From the NCBI GenBank assembly GCA_964016885.1, contig OZ024746.1, positions 61,752,001-61,816,000 of the forward strand: DNA of 64,000 nucleotides. Direction: 5' to 3'. The translations under genes and the position numbers were made by a program. Within the stretch, counting starts at the first letter, position 1; each line of letters starts with the position of its first letter. This DNA comes from Eledone cirrhosa (taxonomy: Eukaryota). Of this stretch, positions 26,012 to 37,872 are shown piece by piece. The notes below the pieces were generated by a model. That model saw nothing but the letters and a program-made list of their open reading frames with translations, was not told the origin of the DNA and made no database searches.

Positions 26012-28105
26012 ATGGCTACGAAAAAGAAATTTCATACGTCACTCCCACTCATTCCGTCTTCTTCTTCCTCAATCATCACTACAGCAGAGAGAAGATTGTC
26101 TCTCTCCCTCCCTTCTTTAAATGTGTCTCTCTCCCTCCCTTCTCTTTCGCAAGTGACGAAAGAAAAGAAAAGTCTCGTGCAAAGCGTGCAAGGTTTCTCC
26201 ACGACGACGACGACAGCGACGAAACAGGTGTGCGGGAAATACGAAAACCCAGTTCATTCGTCTGACGTCAGGAATAATAGCAGTAGCAGCCGTAATAACA
26301 ACAGCAACAGTGACAATGAAAACAACAGTAGCAGCCGCAACAGCATCACCAGCAGCATAAACAACAACAGCATTAGCAGCAGCAACACCAACAACAACCA
26401 CAGCAACAGCGGCGGAGGCAGTAGTCGTAGTACCTGCAGCAACAACAAAAGTACCAGCAGCTCTGACGACAACAACAACAGCAGAGAAAAACCAATCTCA
26501 TTTGCAGGTATTGCGAAAAACTTGGAAACAATCCTCATAACAAATGAGGAATTAGAGGAAGCGAAGAAGATGGTGAGAAAGAACGGACACCGAGCAATCT
26601 GCAAGGCAGCGGAAAAATTTTTCGAAACCCAAGAGCACTGTACGGTCACGTACCGTACAGTAAGTACAAAATCCCGTAGGGTGGAAAGAGCCACAGAGGC
26701 CCAAATACAAAAAGTCTTGGGGTCTGTGTGGCAGCGGAAAACGCACATACCCGAGGCAAAAAATATGCCACCGTAGACGTACTTTTTGCCACACCCCAGG
26801 AGGCAAAGGCCCAATCAGTAGTGACCCTAAGGAGCGAGGAAATGGTGTTGGTGCCCTCCTACTGCGGGCAAAAAATTGTGAGGGTCAAACTGACCCACGT
26901 CCCCCCCGGAATGACCCCTTCTTGGCTGGCCGCGTCTGTCCTCGTCGGAATCGAGGACAAAACAACTGTACTGCAAGTACAGAAAAAAGTAAGAGAAGAT
27001 TGGGTCGGCTCCTCCATTGAGATGCTAATCCAAACCAACCAGGAGTGCATCGAAGCTATCCCGGATGTGATAGACTTCGATAACGGCACTCAACTGCCCA
27101 TAAGTGTTGAGGGCAAACGCCCGAAATGCTTTCGCTGTGGATCGAAGACTCACCTCAGGGCCTTCTGCAACGAGAAGACCCTGAGAAAGGAGAAAACCCC
27201 CCTCCTTCCGAATCCGGCTCCACGGCTACCAGCAACAGGACAAGCGGCAACCAGGAACGATAGGTCCGTGGCACCCATACCCACTCCACGGAAATCAAAA
27301 ACAGCAGCAGCAGTGGAAATATTAACAACAACAACAGCAATACCAAATGCAGCTGCAACAGAGACTCCAGTGCAAACATCACCAACAACAACAAGTGAAA
27401 GAGTGGAGCTGGTACCCCCCCCCGACCTCACAGAATCAGACATGGAGTGTGAGGTGGGAGAGGGATGGCAAAAGGTCGCAAGAAGGCACAAACGCAGAAG
27501 CAGCGCATCGTCGCCTTTGAAAAGGGAGGAAAGAAATGAGAAAAGGGTAAAGTCTACTGCAAAGAGACCCACAGCAGCAACACCACCAACACCATCACCA
27601 CCCACACCAGCACCACCATCACCACCGGCGACAACCCCACCGCCAACAACACCTTCAACACCACCACCACAAGCACCAACATCGCAAACACAACAACAAA
27701 ACACACACACCCAGCAACAACGACAAGAAAATAGCAGAACCACACCCCACCCCCAGAAAAACAAATGCACGGCAATAAACACACACAACAAGAAACTAAT
27801 GACTTACATAATTGAACACAGACATTTCACAACAGGACTACATAATACCAGCACCAATCAAAACGCCAACTAACATAAGACTGCTAAAAATAGCACAGAA
27901 ATAATACACAAACATTAAAACGAAATTCCCCAACGCAGTTGGTGATTTCAGGGACCTAGGAGGAACCATCAATCGAAGAGTATATTCAGACATTCTCTTA
28001 GAAGAGCCGACAACCAGCCGAAGGGACGATTCAACGGTCCCTTCACCAGACGATCAAGTGAAAAGGGATGTAAAAACCATCCCTCCTCTACCAAAAGTAC
28101 GGTAA
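26012..28105 (+). pseudogene. Tx1 copy A ORF1, two frameshifts and a stop
   Basis: ORFs 26012-26776 and 26728-27873 match the intact 698-aa ORF1; zinc knuckle CFRCGSKTHLRAFC. Confidence 0.9.
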
Positions 28106-28140
28106 GTGGTCTTTCCCATCTTTTCCACTCTATTTTAAAC

Positions 28141-31100
28141 ATGACCTCACTCAGAATAGGCAGCATAAATGCGCGTGGCTTGGGGTCGTCATGGAAGCAG
28201 GGTCACCTGCTCAACGACCTCAGGTCACTAAACATAGATGTAGTGGCCATCAGAGAGACCAGAATCTCCGAAGCACGGGCCTTCGCACCGATCTTCGGCG
28301 GCTACGATGTGTACGCATCTCCCAGCCGTCCTGGATCGGGTGGAGGAGTTGCTGTGCTTTTTCGGAGAGGTTTGGATCTCGCCATACGGGCCATCTTCCT
28401 GGACCCAGAGGGTAAGCTGGTGGTGCTGGACGTGACCAGCGGAGACGGGCAAGCTTTCAGGCTAGTGGCCGTCTATGCCCCGACAGGAGCAGGGCGGCCT
28501 GATTTCTTCCGGCGTCTGGAGACCTTTCTTGGAACGTCCCGCTCTTTAGTGTTAGTGGGCGACTGGAACGGGATCTTAGATGCACGCTGGGACTGTGTGG
28601 GATTAGCGGATAGGGGTGGAGGGTGCAAGAGCCTCACCAACCTGCTCAGGCGTTTTGAACTGTCTGACAGGTACCGATTGGATTTCCCGAATGTGCCAAT
28701 GTGGACTTGGACAAACCGCATAGGGTCATCCAGATCATATCTAGATAGAGTATTTTGTAGGGAAATAGATAGGTCTAGCATAGGCTGTCCACAATTCAAG
28801 ATAGTCAGCTACACGGACCACAAATTCGTGATCTGTGTGCTTGACTTAGATAGGCTTCATAGACGAGGACCCGGCTACTGGAAGCTAAACGCGTCCTTAC
28901 CAGCGCGCAAGGCCTACAGAGACCGGATTAGCGAACTAGTTAAGCGGGCGTTGACGGGGGCCATCGTCAACAACAAGTGGTGGTTTGCTCTGAAAAGAGC
29001 GATTAGAATAGAATCGATTAGGTTTAGTAAGGCTTTAGCAATAGAGAAAAATAGAGCAGAGGGAGAACTAGTTAGAAAATTAGACGAGGCGCTTAGCAAA
29101 GGCATTGCGACCGACGTGCTTGCGGCGAAATTGGCCCTTGACCAATTCTTCAATGCAAAGCACGAAGGCTGCGTTGTCAGAGCTAGGGTGCGTGCTCTCA
29201 GACACGAGGGGACGAAAGCCGTTCAATGGGCCCGAGTGGCGGAGGCGCGTCGTGGCAACAAAGCCACGATCCGGTCTTTGGTGGACCACGACGGGCGCAT
29301 GCTACTCGATCCCGGGCAAATGTGTGAAGCTTTTCAGCGACACTTCGCTCAGCTGTTCGGGGGCAGCGGTGGGCCGGGTAGAGGGATGGACTTTAGTGTC
29401 TACCTCGACGGACTGCCGCGGCTCTCGGCCACTGAGGCGAAGTGTTGCGAAAAGCCGATAACAGCCGCAGAAGTAAGGGAGGCAATGACTGGCTGCACAA
29501 GGGGTAAATCGCCTGGTTTGGATGGTCTGCCCTATGAACTTTACGTACAGATGCCAGACTTGTTCGGAGGCCTCTTGGCGGACGTCTACTGCAACTGGCA
29601 ACAGAACGGGAGAATTCCCAGTTCTGTGAGCCGAGGAGCGGTGGCACTGCTGAGAAAGGATCCGAACAAGGGGGATAACATAGACAATTTCCGGCCCATA
29701 ACTCTGCTAAACACAGAGTTTAAGATTTTGGCCAAGGTGCTAGCAAAGAGGTTGGCGCTTGTCGTTGGTGGTCTGGTGGGAGAGGCGCAGACATGCGCCA
29801 TTCCCGACAGATCCATCCACGACAACCTCCACCTCATGCGATACATCGTAGAGAGGGTAGCTAGGGAACCTGGCACGGGTGGGTCCTTGATCAATTTAGA
29901 TCAGTCGAAAGCTTTCGATAGGGTCGACCATCGTTACCTAGCGGCAGTCCTGAGGGCGGCTGGCTTTGGGCCCGTCTTCAGAGGCTGGATCGCTGCCATG
30001 CACAGCGACATCTGCTCTGTGGTGAGAGTGAACGGTCACCTGTCGGAACCGTTCAACATCATGCGCTCGGTCCGCCAAGGATGTCCCCTCTCGTCCCTCT
30101 TGTACGTATTGACTCTCGAGCCATTACTGCACAAACTGGAGACGTTGAGGGGAGTCCCGCGCGAACTAGGATGCGGAAGATCCGTGTCAGCATATGCGGA
30201 CGATGTCACCGTAGTGGTGTCGAACGCCAAACACATCGAGGCGATCGGCACTACACTAAGAGAATACGAAGCGGTGACAGGAGCAATGATCAACCAGGAA
30301 AAGTCAGTGGGCCTGCAGCTCGGCACCTGGAGAGGCAGGTCCATGCCGTCCAACAGCGTCGTCGGGCGCTGGACGGAGGGACCGGTTAAATTGCTAGGGG
30401 TCTGGTTCGGTCCGGACCTCCAGACGGACAAAAACTGGGACGAGGTGACGAGCAGGGTGGCTTCTCTCACCCAGAAATGGGCCGAGAGGAAGCTATCCCT
30501 GAAAGGTCGAGCGGAGGTGGCTAACGCGTACATCGCGTCTGTCATCTGCTACCGCCTAACCGTCGTACCTTGTCCTAAGCCTCGCCTGACTGCGCTGGAG
30601 CGTTTGCTCTTTCGCTTTTTGTGGAAGGGACGTGCTCCGATGGTCAGGCGGTCCATCTGTTGTCAACACCCGCTACGTGGAGGGCTGGGCATGCCGTGGC
30701 TGATGATGCGCAGGCACGCGCTCAGGCTACGACATCTCCACCTCTTCCTCGACGGTGATCAGGTGTGGTCGCCGTTTGCTAGACGCGTTTTTCCCCAGCT
30801 CGTTTCCTTGACGGAGCTGCAGTCCTGGGTCAAGCGAAGACCGAGAGGGAGCGCCTGGAGACTGGAATGTCTTCAGGCGCTCACAGCCCTCGACCAATCG
30901 GGCAATGTGATCGGTGGAAACTCCACCTCGGCGTTCTATAGAGGATTAGTGTAGGGGAAGAGCGACGACGTACTTGGGGAAACTCTAGGCGTCGACGAAA
31001 ATCAACTAGCCAATCTCTTCGGAAGAACTTTCGGCCCAGGGCCTATGGACAACTTCCAGAAATCTCTGGCCTGGCAGTGCTACCGAGGAGCCTTGCCAGT

Positions 31101-31560
31101 TCGGGATAAACTCTACAGGCATGGAGGTGCCGTCAGCCGGGCATGTCCGAGATGCGCGCAGGGCGACGAAACCGTCCTGCACGCACTCGTCCAGTGTCCG
31201 AAAATTGCTGACTTGTGGGTTTATGTCGAACACCTGCTGTCGCGTTTAGGACGGATCCAGCTATCATCTGAGTCTATCGTGAGGATTGCCCCGCCCTCCT
31301 CCTTTAGCCGGGAAGGGCAGGCAGTTTTTATCTGTCTGGTGGCCATGGCGAAAGAGATAGTATGGTGGACACGTTTGAAAGGGCTGAAGACGAGCACTTA
31401 CCTCTTCGGTGATGCTCTGATTGACTTTTTCAAATTTCATTTGAAAAGGAAAATCAGAGTAGAGAAGGAAGTGCTCTCTTCCCAGCATTTTGTTGAAAGA
31501 TGGGTGAGAGAAGCAAGAATGGCCCGAGTGAATGGGCCGACTCTGAGTATATATCTGTAA
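28141..31560 (+). pseudogene. Tx1 copy A ORF2 (APE-RT-CCHC), one nonsense codon
   Basis: 937-aa ORF plus in-frame 31045-31560 piece; GAG>TAG relative to copy B. Confidence 0.93.
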
Positions 31561-32059
31561 ACTAAAGGTGGAAAACTGGGAGAGGGCACTTGCCTTGGTG
31601 GTCAGGGTCATTGTGGCTTTTTACTGGGCTTTCTCCACAAATGTCCCTCCGAAGTCTCCCCCCTATTGGGGAATTTTTCATTGTTATTTTCATTGTTATT
31701 TTTGTTACATCCTCTGTTTTTGTTTTTTTTACACGCAGAAATGCCCATTTGTACCGTCCTGCATTGTCCTGCACTGTCCTTAATGTCTACTTTATGTAAA
31801 CCCTTGTGGTTAATAAAGAAATCATTATTATTATTATTATTATTGAATGCCATGGTTGACGGAGGCTCGGCTCTGTAAGGTATAGTAATTTTTAACCGTT
31901 AAAACAATTGTAAATTGTTTAAAACTTGAACCAAATTGTTGATAAAGACACCCTCCTCCTCGTGAGAGGGGTCTTTCTGTCCGTTATTTGGCCCTTCGGG
32001 GTTAAATAACCAGTTATTGGGGTTTTGTACCCAAAATTTCATTTTAAACAAAAAACAAC

Positions 32060-34156
32060 ATGACTACGAAAAAGAAATTTCATACGTCACTCCCACTCAT
32101 TCCGTCTTCTACTTCCTCAATCATAACTACAGCAGAGAGAAGATTGTCTCTCTCCCTCCCTTCTTTAAATGTGTCTCTCTCCCTCCCTTCTATTTCGCAA
32201 GTGACGAAAGAAAAGAAAAGTCTCGTGCAAAGCGTGCAAGGTTTCTCCACGACGACGACGACAGCGACGAAACAGGTGTGCGGGAAATACGAAAACCCAG
32301 TTCATTCGTCTGACGTCAGGAATAATAGCAGTAGCAGCCGTAATAACAACAGCAACAGTGACAATGAAAACAACAGTAGCAGCCGCAACAGCATCACCAG
32401 CAGCATAAACAACAACAGCATTAGCAGCAGCAACACCAACAACAACCACAGCAACAGCGGCGGAGGCAGTAGTCGTAGTACCTGCAGCAACAACAAAAGT
32501 ACCAGCAGCTCTGACGACAACAACAACAGCAGAGAAAAACCAATCTCATTTGCAGGTATTGCGAAAAACTTGGAAACAATCCTCATAACAAATGAGGAAT
32601 TAGAGGAAGCGAAGAAGATGGTGACAAAGAACGGACACCGAGCAATCTGCAAGGCAGCGAAAAATTTTTTCGAAACCCAAGAGCACTGTACGGTCACGTA
32701 CCGTACAGTAAGTACAAAATCCCGTAGGGTGGAAAGAGCCACAGAGGCCCAAATACAAAAAGCCTTGGGGTCTGTGTGGCAGCGGAAAACGCACATCACC
32801 CGAGGCAAAAAATATGCCACCGTAGACGTACTTTTTGCCACACCCCAGGAGGCAAAGGCCCAATCAGTAGTGACCCTAAGGAGCGAGGAAATGGTGTTGG
32901 TGCCCTCCTACTGTGGGCAAAAAATTGTGAGGGTCAAACTGACCCACGTCCCCCCCGGAATGACCCTTTCTTGGCTGGCCGCGTCTGTCCTCGTCGGAAT
33001 CGAGGACAAAACAACTGTACTGCAAGTACAGAAAAAAGTAAGAGAAGATTGGGTCGGCTCCTCCATTGAGATGCTAATCCAAACCAACCAGGAGTGCATC
33101 GAAGCTATCCCGGATGTGATAGACTTCGATAACGGCACTCAACTGCCCATAAGTGTTGAGGGCAAACGCCCGAAATGCTTTCGCTGTGGATCGAAGACTC
33201 ACCTCAGGGCCTTCTGCAACGAGAAGACCCTGAGAAAGGAGAAAACCCCCCTCCTTCCGAATCCGGCTCCACGGCTACCAGCAACAGGACAAGCGGCAAC
33301 CAGGAACGATAGGCCCGTGGCACCCATACCCACTCCACGGAAATCAAAAACAGCAGCAGCAGTGGAAATACTAACAACAACAACAGCAATACCAAATGCA
33401 GCTGCAACAGAGACTCCAGTGCAAACATCACCGACAACAACAAGTGAAAGAGTGGAGTTGGTACCCCTCCCCGACCTCACAGAATCAGACATGGAGTGTG
33501 AGGTGGGAGAGAGATGGCAAAAGGTCGTAAGAAGGCACAAACGCAGAAGCAGCGTATCGTCGCCTTTGAAAAGGGAGGAAAGAAATGAGAAAAGGGTAAA
33601 GTCTACTGCAAAGAGACCCACAGCAGCAACAACACCAACACCATCACCACCCACACTAGCGCCACCATCACCACCGGCGACAACCCCACCGCCAACAACA
33701 CCTTCAACACCACCACCACAAGCACCAACATCGCAAACACAACAACAAAACACACACACCCAGCAACAACGACAAGAAAATAGCAGAACCACACCCCACC
33801 CCCAGAAAAACAAATGCACGGCAATAAATACACACAACAAGAAACTAATGACTTACATAATTGAACACACAGACATTTCACAACAGGACTACATAATACC
33901 AGCACCAATCAAAACGCCAACTAACATAAGACTGCTAAAAATAGCACAGAAACAATACACAAATATTAAAACGAAATTCCCCAACGCAGTTGGTGATTTC
34001 AGGGACCTAGGAGGAACCATCAATCGAAGAGTATACTCAGACATTCTCTTAGAAGAGCCGACGACCAGCCGAAGGGACGATTCAACGGTCCCTTCACCAG
34101 ACGATCAAGTGAAAAGGGATGTAAAAACCATCCCTCCTCTACCAAAAGTACGGTAA
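32060..34156 (+). CDS. Tx1 ORF1 protein, gag-like with CCHC zinc knuckle (698 aa)
   Basis: Uninterrupted ORF; CX2CX4HX4C (CFRCGSKTHLRAFC); S/N-rich and P/T-rich low-complexity segments; basic WQKVVRRHKRR motif. Confidence 0.92.
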   Translation: MTTKKKFHTSLPLIPSSTSSIITTAERRLSLSLPSLNVSLSLPSISQVTKEKKSLVQSVQGFSTTTTTATKQVCGKYENPVHSSDVRNNSSSSRNNNSNSDNENNSSSRNSITSSINNNSISSSNTNNNHSNSGGGSSRSTCSNNKSTSSSDDNNNSREKPISFAGIAKNLETILITNEELEEAKKMVTKNGHRAICKAAKNFFETQEHCTVTYRTVSTKSRRVERATEAQIQKALGSVWQRKTHITRGKKYATVDVLFATPQEAKAQSVVTLRSEEMVLVPSYCGQKIVRVKLTHVPPGMTLSWLAASVLVGIEDKTTVLQVQKKVREDWVGSSIEMLIQTNQECIEAIPDVIDFDNGTQLPISVEGKRPKCFRCGSKTHLRAFCNEKTLRKEKTPLLPNPAPRLPATGQAATRNDRPVAPIPTPRKSKTAAAVEILTTTTAIPNAAATETPVQTSPTTTSERVELVPLPDLTESDMECEVGERWQKVVRRHKRRSSVSSPLKREERNEKRVKSTAKRPTAATTPTPSPPTLAPPSPPATTPPPTTPSTPPPQAPTSQTQQQNTHTQQQRQENSRTTPHPQKNKCTAINTHNKKLMTYIIEHTDISQQDYIIPAPIKTPTNIRLLKIAQKQYTNIKTKFPNAVGDFRDLGGTINRRVYSDILLEEPTTSRRDDSTVPSPDDQVKRDVKTIPPLPKVR

Positions 34157-34191
34157 GTGGTCTTTCCCATCTTTTCCACTCTATTTTAAAC

Positions 34192-37100
34192 ATGACCTCA
34201 CTCAGAATAGGCAGCATAAATGCGCGTGGCTTGGGGTCGTCATGGAAGCAGGGTCACCTGCTCAACGACCTCAGGTCACTAAACATAGATGTAGTGGCCA
34301 TCAGCGAGACCAGAATCTCCGAAGCACGGGCCTTCGCACCGATCTTCGGCGGCTACGATGTGTACGCATCTCCCAGCCGTCCTGGATCCGGTGGAGGAGT
34401 TGCTGTACTTTTTCGGAGAGGTTTGGATCTCGCCATACGGGCCATCTTCCTGGACCCAGAGGGTAAGCTGGTGGTGCTGGACGTGACCAGCGGAGACGGG
34501 CAAGCTTTCAGGCTAGTGGCCGTCTATGCCCCGACAGGAGCAGGGCGGCCTGATTTCTTCCGGCGTCTGGAGACCTTTCTTGGAACGTCGCGCTCTTTAG
34601 TGTTAGTGGGCGACTGGAACGGGATCTTAGATGCACGCTGGGACTGTGTGGGATTAGCGGATAGGGGTGGAGGGTGCAAGAGCCTCACCAACCTGCTCAG
34701 GCGTTTTGAACTGTCTGACAGGTACCGATTGGATTTCCCGAATGTGCCAATGTGGACTTGGACAAACCGCATAGGGTCATCCAGATCATATCTAGATAGA
34801 GTATTTTGTAGGGAAATAGATAGGTCTAGCATAGGCTGTCCACAATTCAAGATAGTCAGCTACACGGACCACAAATTCGTGATCTGTGTGCTTGACTTAG
34901 ATAGGCTTCATAGACGAGGACCCGGCTACTGGAAGCTAAACGCGTCCTTACCAGCGCGCAAGGCCTACAGAGACCGGATTAGCGAACTAGTTAAGCGGGC
35001 GTTGACGGGGGCCATCGTCAACAACAAGTGGTGGTTTGCTCTGAAAAGAGCGATTAGAATAGAATCGATTAGATTTAGTAAGGCTTTAGCAATAGAGAAA
35101 AATAGAGCAGAGGGAGAACTAGTTAGAAAATTAGACGAGGCGCTTAGCAAAGGCATTGCGACCGACGTGCTTGCGGCGAAATTGGCCCTTGACCAATTCT
35201 TCAATGCAAAGCACGAAGGCTGCGTTGTCAGAGCAAGGGTGCGTGCTCTCAGACACGAGGGGACGAAAGCCGTTCAATGGGCCCGAGTGGCGGAGGCGCG
35301 TCGTGGCAACAAAGCCACGATCCGGTCTTTGGTGGACCACGACGGGCGCATGCTACTCGATCCCGGGCAAATGTGTGAAGCTTTTCAGCGACACTTCGCT
35401 CAGCTGTTCGGGGGCAGCGGTGGGCCGGGTAGAGGGATGGACTTTAGTGTCTACCTCGACGGACTGCCGCGGCTCTCGGCCACTGAGGCGAAGTGTTGCG
35501 AAAAGCCGATAACAGCCGCTGAAGTACGGGAGGCAATGACTGGCTGCACAAGGGGTAAATCGCCTGGTTTGGATGGTCTGCCCTATGAACTTTACGTACA
35601 GATGCCAGACTTGTTCGGAGGCCTCTTGGCGGACGTCTACTGCAACTGGCAACAGAACGGGAGAATTCCCAGTTCTGTGAGCCGAGGAGCGGTGGCACTG
35701 CTGAGAAAGGATCCGAACAAGGGGGATAACATAGAAAATTTCCGGCCCATAACTCTGCTAAACACAGAGTTTAAGATTTTGGCCAAGGTGCTAGCAAAGA
35801 GGTTGGCGCTTGTCGTTGGTGGTCTGGTGGGAGAGGCGCAGACATGCGCCATTCCCGACAGATCCATCCACGACAACCTCCACCTCATGCGATACATCGT
35901 AGAGAGGGTAGCTAGGGAGCCTGGCACGGGTGGGTCCTTGATCAATTTAGATCAGTCGAAAGCTTTCGATAGGGTCGACCATCGTTACCTAGCGGCAGTC
36001 CTGAGGGCGGCTGGCTTTGCGCCCGTCTTCAGAGGCTGGATCGCTGCCATGCACAGCGACATCTGCTCTGTGGTGAGAGTGAACGGTCACCTGTCGGAAC
36101 CGTTCAACATCATGCGCTCGGTCCGCCAAGGATGTCACCTCTCGTCCCTCTTGTACGTATTGACTCTCGAGCCATTACTGCACAAACTGGAGACGTTGAG
36201 GGGGGTCCCGCGCGAACTAGGATGCGGAAGATCCGTGTCAGCATATGCGGACGATGTCACCGTAGTGGTGTCGAACGCCAAACACATCGAGGCGATCGGC
36301 ACTACACTAAGAGAATACGAAGCGGTGACAGGAGCAATGATCAACCAGCAAAAGTCAGTGGGCCTGCAGCTCGGCACCTGGAGAGGCAGGTCCATGCCGT
36401 CCAACAGCGTCGTCGGACGCTGGACGGACGGACCGGTTAAATTGCTAGGGGTCTGGTTCGGTCCGGACCTCCAGACGGACAAAAACTGGGACGAGGTGAC
36501 GAGCAGGGTGGCTTCTCTCACCCAGAAATGGGCCGAGAGGAAGCTATCCCTGAAAGGTCGAGCGGAGGTGGCTAACGCGTACATCGCGTCCGTCATCTGC
36601 TACCGCCTGACCGTCGTACCTTGTCCTAAGCCTCGCCTGACTGTGCTGGAGCGTTTGCTCTTTCGCTTTTTGTGGAAGGGACGCGCTCCGATGGTCAGGC
36701 GGTCCATCTGTTGTCAACACCCGCTACGTGGAGGGCTGGGCATGCCGTGGCTGATGATGCGCAGGCACGCGCTCAGGCTACGACATCTCCACCTCTTCCT
36801 CGACGGTGATCAGGTGTGGTCGCCGTTTGCTAGACGCGTGTTTCCCCAGCTCGTTTCCTTGACGGAGCTGCAGTCCTGGGTCAAGCGAAGACCGAGAGGG
36901 AGCGCCTGGAGACTGGAATGTCTTCAGGCGCTCACAGCCCTCGACCAATCGGGCAATGTGATCGGTGGAAACTCCACCTCGGCGTTCTATAGAGGATTAG
37001 TGGAGGGGAAGAGCGACGACGTACTTGGGGAAACTCTAGGCGTCGACGAAAATCAACTAGCCAATCTCTTCGGAAGAACTTTCGGGCCAGGGCCTATGGA

Positions 37101-37611
37101 CAACTTCCAGAAATCTCTGGCCTGGCAGTGCTACCGAGGAGCCTTGCCAGTTCGGGATAAACTCTACAGGCATGGAGGTGCCGTCAGCCGGGCATGTCCG
37201 AGATGCGCGCAGGGCGACGAAACCGTCCTGCACGCACTCGTCCAGTGTCCGAAAATTGCTGACTTGTGGGTTCATGTCGAACACCTGCTGTCGCGTTTAG
37301 GACCGATCCGGCTATCATCTGAGTCCATCGTGAGGATTGCCCCGCCCTCCTCCTTTAGCCGGGAAGGGCAGGCAGTTTTTATCTGCCTGGTGGCCATGGC
37401 GAAAGAGATAGTATGGTGGACACGTTTGAAAGGGCTGAAGACGAGCACTTACCTCTTCGGTGATGCTCTGATTGACTTTTTCAAATTTCATTTGAAAAGG
37501 AAAATCAGAGTAGAGAGGGAAGTGCTCTCTTCCCAGCATTTTGTTGAAAGATGGGTGAGAGAAGCAAGAATGGCCCGAGTGAATGGGCCTACTCTGAGCA
37601 TATATCTGTAA
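34192..37611 (+). CDS. Tx1 ORF2 protein: AP-like endonuclease, reverse transcriptase, CCHC (1139 aa)
   Basis: APE motifs SINARG, SETR, VYAP, GDWN, SYLDRVF, YTDH; RT motifs KSPGLDG, FRPITLLN, LDQSKAFDRV, RQG, YADD; CPRC..ETVLHALVQC. Confidence 0.96.
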   Translation: MTSLRIGSINARGLGSSWKQGHLLNDLRSLNIDVVAISETRISEARAFAPIFGGYDVYASPSRPGSGGGVAVLFRRGLDLAIRAIFLDPEGKLVVLDVTSGDGQAFRLVAVYAPTGAGRPDFFRRLETFLGTSRSLVLVGDWNGILDARWDCVGLADRGGGCKSLTNLLRRFELSDRYRLDFPNVPMWTWTNRIGSSRSYLDRVFCREIDRSSIGCPQFKIVSYTDHKFVICVLDLDRLHRRGPGYWKLNASLPARKAYRDRISELVKRALTGAIVNNKWWFALKRAIRIESIRFSKALAIEKNRAEGELVRKLDEALSKGIATDVLAAKLALDQFFNAKHEGCVVRARVRALRHEGTKAVQWARVAEARRGNKATIRSLVDHDGRMLLDPGQMCEAFQRHFAQLFGGSGGPGRGMDFSVYLDGLPRLSATEAKCCEKPITAAEVREAMTGCTRGKSPGLDGLPYELYVQMPDLFGGLLADVYCNWQQNGRIPSSVSRGAVALLRKDPNKGDNIENFRPITLLNTEFKILAKVLAKRLALVVGGLVGEAQTCAIPDRSIHDNLHLMRYIVERVAREPGTGGSLINLDQSKAFDRVDHRYLAAVLRAAGFAPVFRGWIAAMHSDICSVVRVNGHLSEPFNIMRSVRQGCHLSSLLYVLTLEPLLHKLETLRGVPRELGCGRSVSAYADDVTVVVSNAKHIEAIGTTLREYEAVTGAMINQQKSVGLQLGTWRGRSMPSNSVVGRWTDGPVKLLGVWFGPDLQTDKNWDEVTSRVASLTQKWAERKLSLKGRAEVANAYIASVICYRLTVVPCPKPRLTVLERLLFRFLWKGRAPMVRRSICCQHPLRGGLGMPWLMMRRHALRLRHLHLFLDGDQVWSPFARRVFPQLVSLTELQSWVKRRPRGSAWRLECLQALTALDQSGNVIGGNSTSAFYRGLVEGKSDDVLGETLGVDENQLANLFGRTFGPGPMDNFQKSLAWQCYRGALPVRDKLYRHGGAVSRACPRCAQGDETVLHALVQCPKIADLWVHVEHLLSRLGPIRLSSESIVRIAPPSSFSREGQAVFICLVAMAKEIVWWTRLKGLKTSTYLFGDALIDFFKFHLKRKIRVEREVLSSQHFVERWVREARMARVNGPTLSIYL

Positions 37612-37872
37612 ATTAAAGGTGGAAAACTGGGAGAGGGCACTTGCCTTGGTGGTCAGGGTCATTGTGGCTTTTTACTGGGCTTTCTCCACAAATGTCCCTC
37701 CGAAGTCTCCCCCCCTATTGGGGAATTTTTCATTGTTATTTTCATTGTTATTTTTGTTACATCCTCTGTTTTTGTTTTTTTACACGCAGAAATGCCCATT
37801 TGTACCGTCCTGCATTGTCCTGCACTGTCCTTAATGTCTACTTTATGTAAACCCTTGTGGTTAATAAAGAAA

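Larger units (their letters stand above)
25797..31823 (+). mobile_element. Full-length Tx1-clade LINE, copy A (disrupted)
   Basis: 5' gaatgccatgg, 3' aataaagaaatc(ATT)n; ORF1 frameshifted, ORF2 has a TAG at 30952-30954. Confidence 0.95.
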
